Positions 1-10,862 of a stretch of DNA of 64,000 nt are shown here, piece after piece (position 1 is the first letter of the stretch; each line of letters starts with the position of its first letter). Made by a program: the position numbers and the translations under genes. Source of the DNA: an uncultured virus (IMG/VR IMGVR_UViG_3300020385_000010) (lineage: Duplodnaviria > Heunggongvirae > Uroviricota > Caudoviricetes); the IMG/VR virus record IMGVR_UViG_3300020385_000010; one strand, 5' to 3'. The notes below the pieces were generated by a model. The model was not told the origin of the DNA. It was given only the letters and a program-made list of their open reading frames with translations, and made no database searches.

Positions 1-3000
1 ATCTGATGGTAAGTACTCTAAAGAGCTTCCTATGGAGTCTCAGTTAGAAACCATTAAAGATGTTATCGCAAATAACGAAGCAAAGTATTCTAATCTAAAC
101 TCAAGAGTTCAGCTACAAGAGCATATTGTTCTTAACGACAAACTTAAGAGTAAGGTTATTAATAAGATAGACGAAACAGATTCTTCTATACAGCGAAGAG
201 CTAAACGTTTTGTTAAAAAAGATGATAACGCTATACTATTTTCTGATGTACAAGATACTCCAGAAAACATAGAAAACAAAGCTAATAGAAAGTTAGCCCT
301 TAACAGAGAGCTAAACGAAAACTATGCAAAACTAATTCGACCTATCTTACAGGAAATTGCTGAAAAAAACGAACTAGGAACAAGGTCTACTGCATATATG
401 GAAGCAGCAAGACTGTTTTCAAAAAAGAGCTTTAAAGAGGGGATAAAAAATGTAATGAGGTTTTATTACACTAACCCTATTATGGTGCAACAGGCAAAAG
501 GAAAAGGCCTAAATATGAATGCATTTGAGGCTTTAATGAACTCAGCTGCAGTATCTGTTAATGAAAGTACAGGGTTAGTAGAATACAAAGACGAAGATGA
601 TGTAGATGCTTTCCTTTTACAAATTGGAGATAGAGATAAGACAAACGAAAAATACAATGAGTATAAGAAAGAATTTTTAATAGAAGATATTGTTTTAGAT
701 GGTAATGAATTTGATTCATCTAACAAATCTTTATTAGACTTACAACTTCTTAATGTTTTATCTGAAAGCGACAGTACTGACGACTTTATAAACAGAATAG
801 AAAAGCTTAAAGAATTTGATGAAGACTATGCTTTATTGTATAGGTTCAAAGAGTTTATAAAGAAAAACGGAATTACAGGTAGAGAGTTACATGACTTGTA
901 TCATGAGATGTCTAGCTTTACATATCAGTCTATGGTTATGTTTGAAGATGGCGGTATTGTTGAGCCATTAAACATACAAGATTCATATGATATAAGAAGA
1001 CATTTAGAACAAAAGACATTTTCTGCGTTTAATTTATTTCAAGGAGATAAAAAGTTTACTGTTTCCTTACTAAAAAAGAAGGAAGACACCTTAGATTACA
1101 TAGAGAAAGGAAAGGGCACTAAATCTAAATCTTTTAAGAAGATAAATAAACAAGTAGGCGAAGTATACAAAAGACAAGATTTTGCAGAAAAGCTTATAAA
1201 CCTTTACAACAACTACAACAAGCAGTCTGAAGAAGATTTAATAAACTTTGCTTTAGGTATATCTTTAGGTGAGCAACTCGGTAATGATACATTATTTGAC
1301 CAAATACAAAACCTAAAAGGCAGAAAGTTTTTTGACAAGAAAACGGGTCAAATAGTAAGCGTAAAAGAATTACTATCTAAAGATAGAGTTAGAGAACTTA
1401 TAGTAGACTCGTTATCTATTAATATCACAAACGATACAGGTAATAGAAGAGTAAATATGTCGTCTAAAGAAGTAGCTAGCTCTATAGTTTATTTTAACTC
1501 TGACGGCTCTCCTGTAATGACATGGGACAACCCTAAAATAGAATTTATAAAAGATTTTCTTTTACCACAAGGGAAAGGAATTTGGGAAGAGATACCAAGA
1601 GATTTACAAATAGAAATATTAAAAGACAACAGAGGTAGTGCTTCACACACTATATCGTACTTTAAACAAAATCAAACACCTTTAGCTGTAGATAGTACTA
1701 TATCTATGCAGTTTAACACTATGGATGGACATGAGGTGTTTTTAGACTCTGTTTTACATTCTCATTATATACAAAATACAAATAGAAAGTCTTCCTTAAT
1801 AAAGATACTTAGCAAGAAAGGAGAAAGCCTTGTAGACCCTACGATGAAAAAGAATAACATGCATCGTAACCTAGAGCAGGTAGAAAAGTTGTTAAAGACC
1901 GATAGAGAAAAGTTTGTAGAGTTTTTTGGTGACAACATATATGGTCAGGTATTATTAGCTGGCGGTAGTATAGAGTTAGCATTGTTAGTAGGAGATAAAG
2001 TTTTAGGTAAAAAAGCTAGCGAGATAACTGCAGAAAATATAGACAAAAACGATTTTGAGCTAATAGAAAAAGCTGTTAAAAGTAAAACCCCTACTTATCC
2101 ACAGGTTATATTTGACCACTCTGATAAGAGTAAAAGGTATTACGCTAAGAATGCTATTACTATAACATCATTAAAAGACGGTTATGCACAGCTAAAAAAC
2201 ATAAGGCTTAAAGTAAGAGCTGACATGGAAGCTTTAATGCAAAAGCATAATACAACAGACTTTAATGCTTGGGAGTTTTTATCTATAGAGCAAGCTCATA
2301 TGATTGAGCAAGAGGTAGGTACATTATTTGGCCCTGGGCAGTTTAGAACTAAACCAGGAAAAGGAAAGGTAAAAACAGGTAAATCTCCTTGGGGGTTAAT
2401 GTTAGACGTGTTTAAAACTGCTAACGATAAATCATTTGCTAGCGAAGAATACCATAAAGATTTTGCTAGAAAAAGACTACTAGGAGGTGAAGGTATAAAA
2501 GTTTCTAAAAAACAGTTAGAACTTACTGAACTTGCATCTGTTAATTACACTGTTAATAAGTTTTACCTACAAGGACTATATGGTAATTGGTATGAAGGAA
2601 AAGACTTTACAGATAAAAACAAAAGAAACACTTTATTTAGTGCTCCACACGTAGCATCATTTAATGAAGGAAGAGTAGAGGTTGTAGGTTTTAATGATGC
2701 TAAAGTAACAATAGACGGTAAAACAAAAGATGTTACTGATGGTGGTGGTTATGTTACACAAGCAATGGCTGACAAGCTTATGCAAAAGCATGGTATCTTT
2801 ACAGGTGTTGATGGTTCTTTTAAAATAGTAGGTGGTGGACAAAACATAGATAATAAAAAGATGTCGCAAAAATTTGGCGATAGAAGTCTTTACTATATGA
2901 AAGGCCACGTTACTATATTGACAGAGCAAGAAGCTAAAGGCTCTTCGTTAGAAGGCGTATATAATGCTTTAAAAGCAAGAGAAGAAAGAGTAGGAGATGA

Positions 3001-6000
3001 GGTTATGGTTGTTGCTTATCCATCATCTGTTGCAAAGAAAGGGTTTAGAGATGGCGTTAACTCGTTGTCTTTAAAAGAGTGGAGTGAAATGAACGCAGAC
3101 GAAGTTAACAGCTTCCAGGACTCTTTTTCGTATGACGAGCCATCAGGACTATATGGATATAATGGACAAAACTTTGGTGTACAAGTTGAAATAGATAAAG
3201 AAGGTAAGAGTGCTACGATAGCAAAACAAGCTATATCTACAGTTGCTGCTATGCTTGGTATTAAAGACCCAGCAGTAAAAGCAAAGGTGCTTAAGGCTTT
3301 AGAGTTTTATGTAGAGCATAAGAATTTAAAGTACGAAGAAAACTTAAAAGATAAGCCTGTTAAAGATGCTGTATTAGAAACTTTAGACAGCGATGTTAAC
3401 TCTCCTATATTAATGCACTTAAATGATAAAGGGTTTATAAATAACCCTGCATTTGACTTTGTTGTAGAAGAAATATTCTCAGCAATTTATAAGAAGGAAA
3501 GAAACAAGCCTAGAGCAAATGGTACTCAAGCTATACAGAAATCAGATATAGCAATAGGATATGACCTTGAGGGTAAAGATATTAAGGTTACTAAGATTAG
3601 TAAAGTTAGTGAGGTTAAAAAAGGTACATCAGAGCTATTTAAGTCTAATCCAGAATTAGCTAAAATTGGTACAATAGAAGAATACTCAGCCTTTTTAGAA
3701 ACAGTATTCCCTAATAGTAAGGTAAAGGATGTAGTTTACCATGGTAGCCCAGAGTTTTTTAATGAATTTAAGAAATCTAAATTAGGTTCATACACAGGTG
3801 CTGCTTCAGCAAAACAAGGATTTTTCTTTGCTAGCTCAAGAGAAGTTTCTAAGTCGTACCTAGATAAAAGAGGTCAGACCGTCCAACTAAAAGAATACAT
3901 AAAACTTAAGTATGGTGAGGATGTTTACAATAAAATTGTCAGAGGGTTTAATTATGTTGCCTCTGGTTTAGCCGAGAAAGTATTAGGGTATAAACCTGAA
4001 AGAGTTACTCCTAATAATGATTTAGATGACACTTATGGTATAAAGTTAGAAGACGGAAGTATTTTATACGACAATGGAGATTACAACGGCTCAGACCCTA
4101 AAGGTATTTTTTTAAGAGATTATATACTTAGAGAGAGTCATTTAGAATCTAGACATGATACGGATGCTGGAGCTTATATAAATAAAGATAGAGGTATTAC
4201 TGATGCTCCTTTTGAAAGTCTTTTTATTAAACCCTTTATTATAAACGCAGAAAATCCATCTACTACATCAGATGAAGGTAAAACTTATAGAGAGGAAACT
4301 TATAACGAAAGAATAAATAAAGCTAAAGAAGAAGGTAATGATAGCGTAATTATTGAAGATACTTACGATAGCAAAACTCAAACTAAACCAGAAGATGTTT
4401 TCATGGTTTTTGAGCCAAGCCAAATTTACGAGTTAGGTTCAGAAAAAGACATACAAAGATTTAAAGATTTTGTAAAAGCAGAACAACAAAGTGTGACTAC
4501 AATTGGAGAGTTAGGAAAAGACTTTGTTGCCACTACTGATAACAACTTAAGAGGTTTTGCTGAGAAGTTAGACCCTAATAACCCTGGTAGATATTTACCT
4601 GCAGAGGTAATAATGTCTACTAAGATGGCTGAAAAGTTAGGATTACAAGAAGGAGATGTGTTTATAGCTACTCGTATACCTACTACTACAGCAAGTTCTC
4701 AAATAGCAGTTGTATTAAAATCAACCTTAGACTCAAATGATAATACTATAATAGCTCACCAATCGGTAGCTGACATTATGGGCTTTGACTTTGATGGTGA
4801 TATATTCCATATAAACGCTAAAGATAGCAGCGTATCCGATAGAGCTATAGGTTTAACTGATAGAATAGATACTACTCCGTCTAAAATTGCACTTAACAGA
4901 TATGTAGATGCAATGATAGAATTACTAACAGATGTTACTGTAGTAGATACAATTCTTAAGCAGTCAGTAGACTTTAAGAATATACAAGAAAAGACTATAG
5001 CAGAGTTAGGATTAGATAAAGAAGGACAGTTAAATGATTTTGTTTTTGAGGATACAACTAAAATGTTTGCTCAGACAAAAGGTAATCAAGATATGATTGG
5101 TATTATCTGTGCTACAAATTCTGCTATGAACCATTTAGGAATATCTAATGGTAAACTTTCTATTGCGTCATTAACAGAAGGTGGTAAGAAAGAGTTATCA
5201 GATATTTCTATAACATATAAAGGAAAGGAATATAATTCTTTATCAGGAGATATTACTGCAAACGAAATAAGCACTATACAAAAACATGGTATATGGGCTA
5301 ACTTAGTATTAGATGATGGTAAGTATGGTAATAGAGCAAGATTTGGTTTTAACGAAGTAACTGCAAATGCTTTTGTTGTTTTACTTAGAATGGGAATTGC
5401 ACCAGAGATAGTTTCTAAAGTAATGACTAACGAAACTGTAGTAGAAGAGCTACAAGCAGCAAAAGACGCGACTGCTTACAATGCTTGGGAATTTTTACAG
5501 TACAATTCAAAAGGAGATGTATCAGCAAGTTTAGATAATATACTAACAGGAGATATAGCTGACATAGAAAGTTTTGCTATGATGATGACACTTTTATCTA
5601 AAGACATGTTTAACATAAGCCAAATGGCTGACCCTACTAAAATGATTAAAGGTGGGATGTTATCTACTTTAAATAAGTATCAAAGATTTAGAGCATCTTT
5701 AGGTAATCAAAAAGGATTAGTATCTGCGTTCCAAAATAATCCTATACTATTAGATAATATAGAGTCAGTAAAAGAGTATTTAAGAAAGTCTACTACTGAG
5801 TCTATAAGCACTAATAATGGCTACGCAGAGAAATACTTAAACTATGATGAGAAGTTTGCAAAAGAACTAGGAAGCTCTATACTATTTGAAGACAAAAACA
5901 AAAGCTTCCAAAGTCAAGGTACTAGAGGTACAAGATTAAATCATACACACGAACCATTATTAAAAGCATCTTTAATAAAAAGAGCTTTAATGCATAACAC

Positions 6001-9000
6001 TAACTCTGAATTTCAGATAAGTGAAATAATAAACAGCATTATTACTGGTAAGAAAGAAGACGGTACGCCTATTTTTGAGCTATATGACGTTGATGCAGAA
6101 GAAAAGTATACTATAGATAGCTTTTATGTAGATAGCGAAGGAAACGAAAGAACAGAGTTCGAACAAGTATCGCTATTGAATAAGATATTTAAAGATGCAT
6201 ATAATGGTTTACAAACAACACGCTTTAGTAGACTAGTAAGAGAAGATATAACAGAAGTAGAAGTAGACGGTAATAGAATAGAAAGAGTATCGTATAGAGT
6301 TAATGAATCTGAATTAGCACTAATAACTACTCCTGAACAAATAACAGCTACCTCTGCTGAGTTTAATAAACTACCTAAGCACATACAAGACGCTTTGTTG
6401 TTAGTAGATTTATTAGATAACGGCTTTGGTGTAACAAATAAGCCTATATTTATTCTTATGGGTGATAGAGCATTGTCAATGGTTGATGGTATGTTTGCAA
6501 ACCTTAAGGATGCGAATGTAAGTAATTATGATAGTGATACCAATGTCAAGTTAAATAAGGACGACGGTACTGTTGTTCCGTTGATGCACGTAGTAGTAGA
6601 GACAGAAGACCCTAATACTAAGAGAAGAATTATAAAGCCTACTGATGTAAGTGGTTTTATAAACGATAAGGATAGAGTACAAGTAACTGAAGCAGATATA
6701 CAGCTACAAGAGGAGAGGTTTAACTCTGTTTACTTAGATATTATTAATAGAGCTGACAAAGAGTTTATAGAGGGTTCTGAATTGTTTTCTATAGTATATA
6801 CTACTAATGATACTACTTTAGATAAGTTTGGTAAGAAGGTAGGAGAAAAGGGAGAAGTGTTTACTTCTTCTGATTATTGGAAGGCTGATAAGGTTGTATT
6901 AATAGATAAGCAGTATGTAGGTAGGAACAATGCTTTTAGATTGAAGCAAGGTTTTTATGCTCCGTCTTATGAATTTAACTTAAGCTCTTTAAGATTATAT
7001 AAGCTTAATGCATATCAAAAACTTAATGACCAGAAGTCTACAGCTAAAGTAGATAATAATGGTCAAGGCATTATAGCGTTCCAAGAAAAGACTATTAGAA
7101 CAGGAAACATTAAGGGTGTTGGTATTGCTATGTCGGAAGACGAGTTTGGTATATATGAAGGTATCTTGCCTCACGGTATAAACAGAAAGGCTGACTTAGA
7201 CCCTAACACACAAGAAAACATAATTGCTAGATTAGAAATAGAATATCAATTCTACGAGCAGTCTATCAATAAAGTTAACGATATATACAACGAGATTAAA
7301 GAAGGTACTCAGATAGAAGATGTAGACTATGGGGTGTACAATAAAGACAACAAGGACGCTTCTGATAGAAACTTTAAATCTGTAGAAAAAGATTACATAA
7401 AAGCACAAGACGCTTTAGTTACTAACAAGGTTAAATTAAAGTTTAATCAAGGAAACCCTAAAGAGTCTGTAGTAGAAAGAAGTATACACAGGTTAGCCTC
7501 TGCCCCACTACAAAGATATTTAGAATATCATTTTGGTAGACATATAGCGGGTAAGCAAATATCTGACTGGGAAATAGATAACCCTAACACTACTTATATA
7601 CAAGAAATAGCAGGTAGAGATGGTTTAAACAAAGACATATCTGCTTTAGAGATGTGGGCTTCTCCTGGTGACTTTGGTAGAGATAAACCTACTGTAGGCT
7701 TTATTAATAAGATAATGCGTGAAGAGCATAACAAGCACATTCACAACATGAATAAGGTTACTAAGGAAATGAACAACGCCTTAGATGAGTTATTTAAGTT
7801 ACATTACTCAGGTACTGTATCTAGATTCTTAGCTAAAGGTGCAATGAAGTTTTCTAGTATAGCTGGATACTCTTTATCTAACAAGCTGTTTGGCAATATG
7901 GTAGAGAGTGTTTCTTATTTACAAGAATTTGAAAGACCTAACGAAGGTACTCCTTACTACAAGTATCAATCAGAAACAAGACTTAGACAAGACTTATTTA
8001 AGTCTGAAACAAGAAAGTACACTGATGAGTATGGCAAGGTCGAAGAGTATCAGTTCTATACAGGCTTAGATTATAAAGCTATAGAAAGAGCAGGGCTACA
8101 AGACGCGGAGATTAAATACCTAGAGATGTATGTTAAATACACAGGCTTCTTTAGTAGTATGGTAGAGAACCAAGCTTTATATGCAGGTAAGTCTTTACGT
8201 GGTGCTAACTACGTTCCTGCTTTGAAATCAGGTAGATATGAAACCCTAATGCGTAGAGGTCTATTTGGTATGTACTTTAGAATGAAACAAGGAGATGTTA
8301 ATCTATCTAATGTAAGAATAAAAGCTACTAATCCTTTAACGGGGTCTGTTCAGACTTTATCTTACAACGACTGGAAGAGTATCTTTATGCATGGTCCAGA
8401 AGAAATTATAGACGCATATACGTTTGATAAAACTATTGGCGACTATGTACTTCAATCTACAGGTAAGGGTGTTAAGCTAAGCGGTAAGGAAAGAATTTTA
8501 AAGTTTAGAGCTATTACTAAAAAGGCTGAACAATTATATCGTAGAGGTGAAGATGATGCTGGCAATAAAATAGAGCAGCAATCTGATGTAAATGAGGATG
8601 TTGACTTTAACCGCCACCTTACTACAAGGTCAGGTCGTTCTGCTTTCTTTGCTACACATAACATTCATTATGCATTACGAGAGTATGTAAAGAAAATGAC
8701 TTTCGATTATGGTAACACATATGAGGCAGGGGATATACGTTACAGATTAGTCTGGGACCCTAAGACACAAGAGATGAAGGTCAATGACAAAAAAGATGAA
8801 AGCGCAGAGCGTTATAATCATAAAGGTTTTCAAGAAAAGAAATACCTTATAGATGCAGCTACTGCATTCTTAAGAGGTGATAAATTCTTTAAGACAGAAG
8901 ATATGTCTAAAGCTGCTAACCCTAATGCTGTTAGATTCTTAAATGACGTTGTTAAGAAAGCTTTTATAGAAGGAGAAAGAGGTAAAACTCTAACAGGATT

Positions 9001-10132
9001 TGATACAGAGGCAGGTGCTATTAAGTTCTTTGTCAACTGGACTATGTATGTTGCTTTAGGTTTTAACATACCTGCAGCTATTGGAAACGTAGCTATAGGT
9101 AAATACAACACCTACAGACAAAGAGGCGGCAAAGAAGTACTTAAAGGCGAAATGAGATACTTTGGTGTAGGTAAAGACGGAAGATATAGTCATAACGATT
9201 TTCGTAAAGGAAGAGCTATGATGAATGAATTCGGAATACTTACATACCAAGCTAGTGAATTAGCTGAAGGTGTAGGAGGAAGCTCTATAGGTAACTTAAT
9301 ATTCTTCCCTATGGTAACTGCTGAAAACTGGATACAACGTGCTGCGTTCTTAGGAAGCTTAACTCAAGAACAATGGGATGCTTATACTATAGATGAAAAG
9401 ACAGGTGACTTGAAGTTTGTAGGTGACGCAGAGCATGAGATAACTCCAGATGTATATAGAAAACTAGAACGCGAAGTAACATCTGTACAAGGTCGTGGTT
9501 ATTCTGAGATAGAACAAAGACTAGCACAAACTTACGCTTTAGGTTCTATGGCTATGCAATTCAAAAGATGGTTCCCTACATTTATAGCAGACAGATTTAA
9601 GAAAGAGCATATAGATGATTTAGGAACTATGCGTATAGGTACTATGACTGCAGCAGCAGACTTCATAAAAAGAATGAGAGATGAAAAGATAGCTACTGGT
9701 AGTAAGGAATGGTTCTCTGAGTATAACAAGTTAGAGAAGCACAGAAAGGACGCAATAGTAAAACTTATCAGAGGTACTAAAGGTATTGCTCTTATATCAC
9801 TACTTTTAGCTTTAGTTAAAGGCTTTGGTGATGATGATGATGAGAATACAAAAGCAGGTGCTACATTCTTAGAAAAGTTACTAGGCGATGTATTGTTAAT
9901 AGCAAATGTTCCTAGACTAACATATATGGCTAACATCCCTGCGTTAAAGACTTTTGAAAACTTATCTTTAGCTACTTATAATTTAGCTGTTCAATCAGAA
10001 TATCAGCGTAAAAGTAAATACGGTAGAAAAGGAGATTTAAGGTATCAATCTTATTTAGCGCAACTTATGCCTAAAGTTATAAGAAAACCTTTGCTTGGAC
10101 AGAAGGATTCAAAGAAAAGAAAAATTAGATAA
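1..10132 (+). CDS. Giant virion-packaged DNA-dependent RNA polymerase, crAss/phi14:2 gp66-like (5'-truncated)
   Basis: At least 3366 aa; the frame is open from base 2, so the true start is probably upstream of the window. Catalytic GFDFDGD (DFDGD at nt 4787-4801) is preceded by TRIPT; the second-barrel motifs TDGGGYVT and MKGHV are present. Context is a crAss-like virion module. Confidence 0.9.
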   Translation, partial: SDGKYSKELPMESQLETIKDVIANNEAKYSNLNSRVQLQEHIVLNDKLKSKVINKIDETDSSIQRRAKRFVKKDDNAILFSDVQDTPENIENKANRKLALNRELNENYAKLIRPILQEIAEKNELGTRSTAYMEAARLFSKKSFKEGIKNVMRFYYTNPIMVQQAKGKGLNMNAFEALMNSAAVSVNESTGLVEYKDEDDVDAFLLQIGDRDKTNEKYNEYKKEFLIEDIVLDGNEFDSSNKSLLDLQLLNVLSESDSTDDFINRIEKLKEFDEDYALLYRFKEFIKKNGITGRELHDLYHEMSSFTYQSMVMFEDGGIVEPLNIQDSYDIRRHLEQKTFSAFNLFQGDKKFTVSLLKKKEDTLDYIEKGKGTKSKSFKKINKQVGEVYKRQDFAEKLINLYNNYNKQSEEDLINFALGISLGEQLGNDTLFDQIQNLKGRKFFDKKTGQIVSVKELLSKDRVRELIVDSLSINITNDTGNRRVNMSSKEVASSIVYFNSDGSPVMTWDNPKIEFIKDFLLPQGKGIWEEIPRDLQIEILKDNRGSASHTISYFKQNQTPLAVDSTISMQFNTMDGHEVFLDSVLHSHYIQNTNRKSSLIKILSKKGESLVDPTMKKNNMHRNLEQVEKLLKTDREKFVEFFGDNIYGQVLLAGGSIELALLVGDKVLGKKASEITAENIDKNDFELIEKAVKSKTPTYPQVIFDHSDKSKRYYAKNAITITSLKDGYAQLKNIRLKVRADMEALMQKHNTTDFNAWEFLSIEQAHMIEQEVGTLFGPGQFRTKPGKGKVKTGKSPWGLMLDVFKTANDKSFASEEYHKDFARKRLLGGEGIKVSKKQLELTELASVNYTVNKFYLQGLYGNWYEGKDFTDKNKRNTLFSAPHVASFNEGRVEVVGFNDAKVTIDGKTKDVTDGGGYVTQAMADKLMQKHGIFTGVDGSFKIVGGGQNIDNKKMSQKFGDRSLYYMKGHVTILTEQEAKGSSLEGVYNALKAREERVGDEVMVVAYPSSVAKKGFRDGVNSLSLKEWSEMNADEVNSFQDSFSYDEPSGLYGYNGQNFGVQVEIDKEGKSATIAKQAISTVAAMLGIKDPAVKAKVLKALEFYVEHKNLKYEENLKDKPVKDAVLETLDSDVNSPILMHLNDKGFINNPAFDFVVEEIFSAIYKKERNKPRANGTQAIQKSDIAIGYDLEGKDIKVTKISKVSEVKKGTSELFKSNPELAKIGTIEEYSAFLETVFPNSKVKDVVYHGSPEFFNEFKKSKLGSYTGAASAKQGFFFASSREVSKSYLDKRGQTVQLKEYIKLKYGEDVYNKIVRGFNYVASGLAEKVLGYKPERVTPNNDLDDTYGIKLEDGSILYDNGDYNGSDPKGIFLRDYILRESHLESRHDTDAGAYINKDRGITDAPFESLFIKPFIINAENPSTTSDEGKTYREETYNERINKAKEEGNDSVIIEDTYDSKTQTKPEDVFMVFEPSQIYELGSEKDIQRFKDFVKAEQQSVTTIGELGKDFVATTDNNLRGFAEKLDPNNPGRYLPAEVIMSTKMAEKLGLQEGDVFIATRIPTTTASSQIAVVLKSTLDSNDNTIIAHQSVADIMGFDFDGDIFHINAKDSSVSDRAIGLTDRIDTTPSKIALNRYVDAMIELLTDVTVVDTILKQSVDFKNIQEKTIAELGLDKEGQLNDFVFEDTTKMFAQTKGNQDMIGIICATNSAMNHLGISNGKLSIASLTEGGKKELSDISITYKGKEYNSLSGDITANEISTIQKHGIWANLVLDDGKYGNRARFGFNEVTANAFVVLLRMGIAPEIVSKVMTNETVVEELQAAKDATAYNAWEFLQYNSKGDVSASLDNILTGDIADIESFAMMMTLLSKDMFNISQMADPTKMIKGGMLSTLNKYQRFRASLGNQKGLVSAFQNNPILLDNIESVKEYLRKSTTESISTNNGYAEKYLNYDEKFAKELGSSILFEDKNKSFQSQGTRGTRLNHTHEPLLKASLIKRALMHNTNSEFQISEIINSIITGKKEDGTPIFELYDVDAEEKYTIDSFYVDSEGNERTEFEQVSLLNKIFKDAYNGLQTTRFSRLVREDITEVEVDGNRIERVSYRVNESELALITTPEQITATSAEFNKLPKHIQDALLLVDLLDNGFGVTNKPIFILMGDRALSMVDGMFANLKDANVSNYDSDTNVKLNKDDGTVVPLMHVVVETEDPNTKRRIIKPTDVSGFINDKDRVQVTEADIQLQEERFNSVYLDIINRADKEFIEGSELFSIVYTTNDTTLDKFGKKVGEKGEVFTSSDYWKADKVVLIDKQYVGRNNAFRLKQGFYAPSYEFNLSSLRLYKLNAYQKLNDQKSTAKVDNNGQGIIAFQEKTIRTGNIKGVGIAMSEDEFGIYEGILPHGINRKADLDPNTQENIIARLEIEYQFYEQSINKVNDIYNEIKEGTQIEDVDYGVYNKDNKDASDRNFKSVEKDYIKAQDALVTNKVKLKFNQGNPKESVVERSIHRLASAPLQRYLEYHFGRHIAGKQISDWEIDNPNTTYIQEIAGRDGLNKDISALEMWASPGDFGRDKPTVGFINKIMREEHNKHIHNMNKVTKEMNNALDELFKLHYSGTVSRFLAKGAMKFSSIAGYSLSNKLFGNMVESVSYLQEFERPNEGTPYYKYQSETRLRQDLFKSETRKYTDEYGKVEEYQFYTGLDYKAIERAGLQDAEIKYLEMYVKYTGFFSSMVENQALYAGKSLRGANYVPALKSGRYETLMRRGLFGMYFRMKQGDVNLSNVRIKATNPLTGSVQTLSYNDWKSIFMHGPEEIIDAYTFDKTIGDYVLQSTGKGVKLSGKERILKFRAITKKAEQLYRRGEDDAGNKIEQQSDVNEDVDFNRHLTTRSGRSAFFATHNIHYALREYVKKMTFDYGNTYEAGDIRYRLVWDPKTQEMKVNDKKDESAERYNHKGFQEKKYLIDAATAFLRGDKFFKTEDMSKAANPNAVRFLNDVVKKAFIEGERGKTLTGFDTEAGAIKFFVNWTMYVALGFNIPAAIGNVAIGKYNTYRQRGGKEVLKGEMRYFGVGKDGRYSHNDFRKGRAMMNEFGILTYQASELAEGVGGSSIGNLIFFPMVTAENWIQRAAFLGSLTQEQWDAYTIDEKTGDLKFVGDAEHEITPDVYRKLEREVTSVQGRGYSEIEQRLAQTYALGSMAMQFKRWFPTFIADRFKKEHIDDLGTMRIGTMTAAADFIKRMRDEKIATGSKEWFSEYNKLEKHRKDAIVKLIRGTKGIALISLLLALVKGFGDDDDENTKAGATFLEKLLGDVLLIANVPRLTYMANIPALKTFENLSLATYNLAVQSEYQRKSKYGRKGDLRYQSYLAQLMPKVIRKPLLGQKDSKKRKIR
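3616..4476 (+). other. ADP-ribosyltransferase-like (ART-PolyVal type) domain inserted in the RNA polymerase
   Basis: VVYHGS...FNEF...GFFFASSREVSKSY...INAENP...GNDSVIIEDTYD...FMVFEPSQI matches the ART-PolyVal pattern; boundaries approximate. Confidence 0.75.
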
Positions 10133-10138
10133 ATTGAC

Positions 10139-10146
10139 TATATTTG
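10139..10146 (+). promoter_or_regulatory. Bacteroidota sigma70-type -7 element
   Basis: TATATTTG fits TAnnTTTG; intergenic, about 20 nt before the ATG at 10168. Confidence 0.6.
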
Positions 10147-10167
10147 TTACACAGATAAAACTATATA

Positions 10168-10509
10168 ATGGGAAATATTAACGAGGCACATAGACATAGT
10201 ACAGGTGCTGGTAAAATATTAGTATTAGACGCTAGTGATGGTAGTAACAAAACCTACACTAGGTCTACACATGGAGAGGCTAACATGATACAATGCGTGA
10301 CAGCTGTAACGCTTACATCTTACACTATAGGTAATCAAGTTGGCGGTGGTGACACACTAACAACTGCAGGAATTTCTTTTCCAGCAGGAGCATCTATACC
10401 TTGCAATATATCAACTTTTGTATTAGCAAGCGGACAATGCATTGTGCATTTATCTTCAAAACTTAATTTAGGAATAACCACATTACCTACGGGTATAAAA
10501 AGTGAATAA
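10168..10509 (+). CDS. Small beta-rich virion protein, paralog 1
   Basis: 113 aa; shares STGxGxIL, TYTRSTHG, FPAG, PC and GxCIV with the next ORF. Confidence 0.6.
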   Translation: MGNINEAHRHSTGAGKILVLDASDGSNKTYTRSTHGEANMIQCVTAVTLTSYTIGNQVGGGDTLTTAGISFPAGASIPCNISTFVLASGQCIVHLSSKLNLGITTLPTGIKSE

Positions 10510-10520
10510 ACAAAAATAAA

Positions 10521-10847
10521 ATGGCAAACGTAAACGATTATTTTAGAGCAAGTACAGGGTCAGGAAGAATCCTTACTCTTTTAAGTTCAAGTACAAATAC
10601 GTACACAAGAAGCACACATGGTAAAGCTTTGATGATACAAGTTTTAGATGATGTAACTTTCTCTGCATACACGCATAATAACGCTTCAGGTGTTGCTATT
10701 GCTAACAACATTACATTCCCTGCTGGAACATTAGTTCCTTGCGATGTATCTACCTTTACGTTAAGCTCTGGTAGTTGTATTGTATATTTAGCAGGTAAAG
10801 TAAGTGCAGGCTTTACAACATTTGGTGACGGTATAAAAGCAGAATAA
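10521..10847 (+). CDS. Small beta-rich virion protein, paralog 2
   Basis: 108 aa tandem paralog of 10168..10509. Confidence 0.6.
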   Translation: MANVNDYFRASTGSGRILTLLSSSTNTYTRSTHGKALMIQVLDDVTFSAYTHNNASGVAIANNITFPAGTLVPCDVSTFTLSSGSCIVYLAGKVSAGFTTFGDGIKAE

Positions 10848-10862
10848 TTAAACACATAAGAT

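Noticed and set aside
3616..4476. Intein in the RNA polymerase
   Set aside because: No C/S...HN splice junctions or LAGLIDADG motifs; the motifs fit an ART-like domain.
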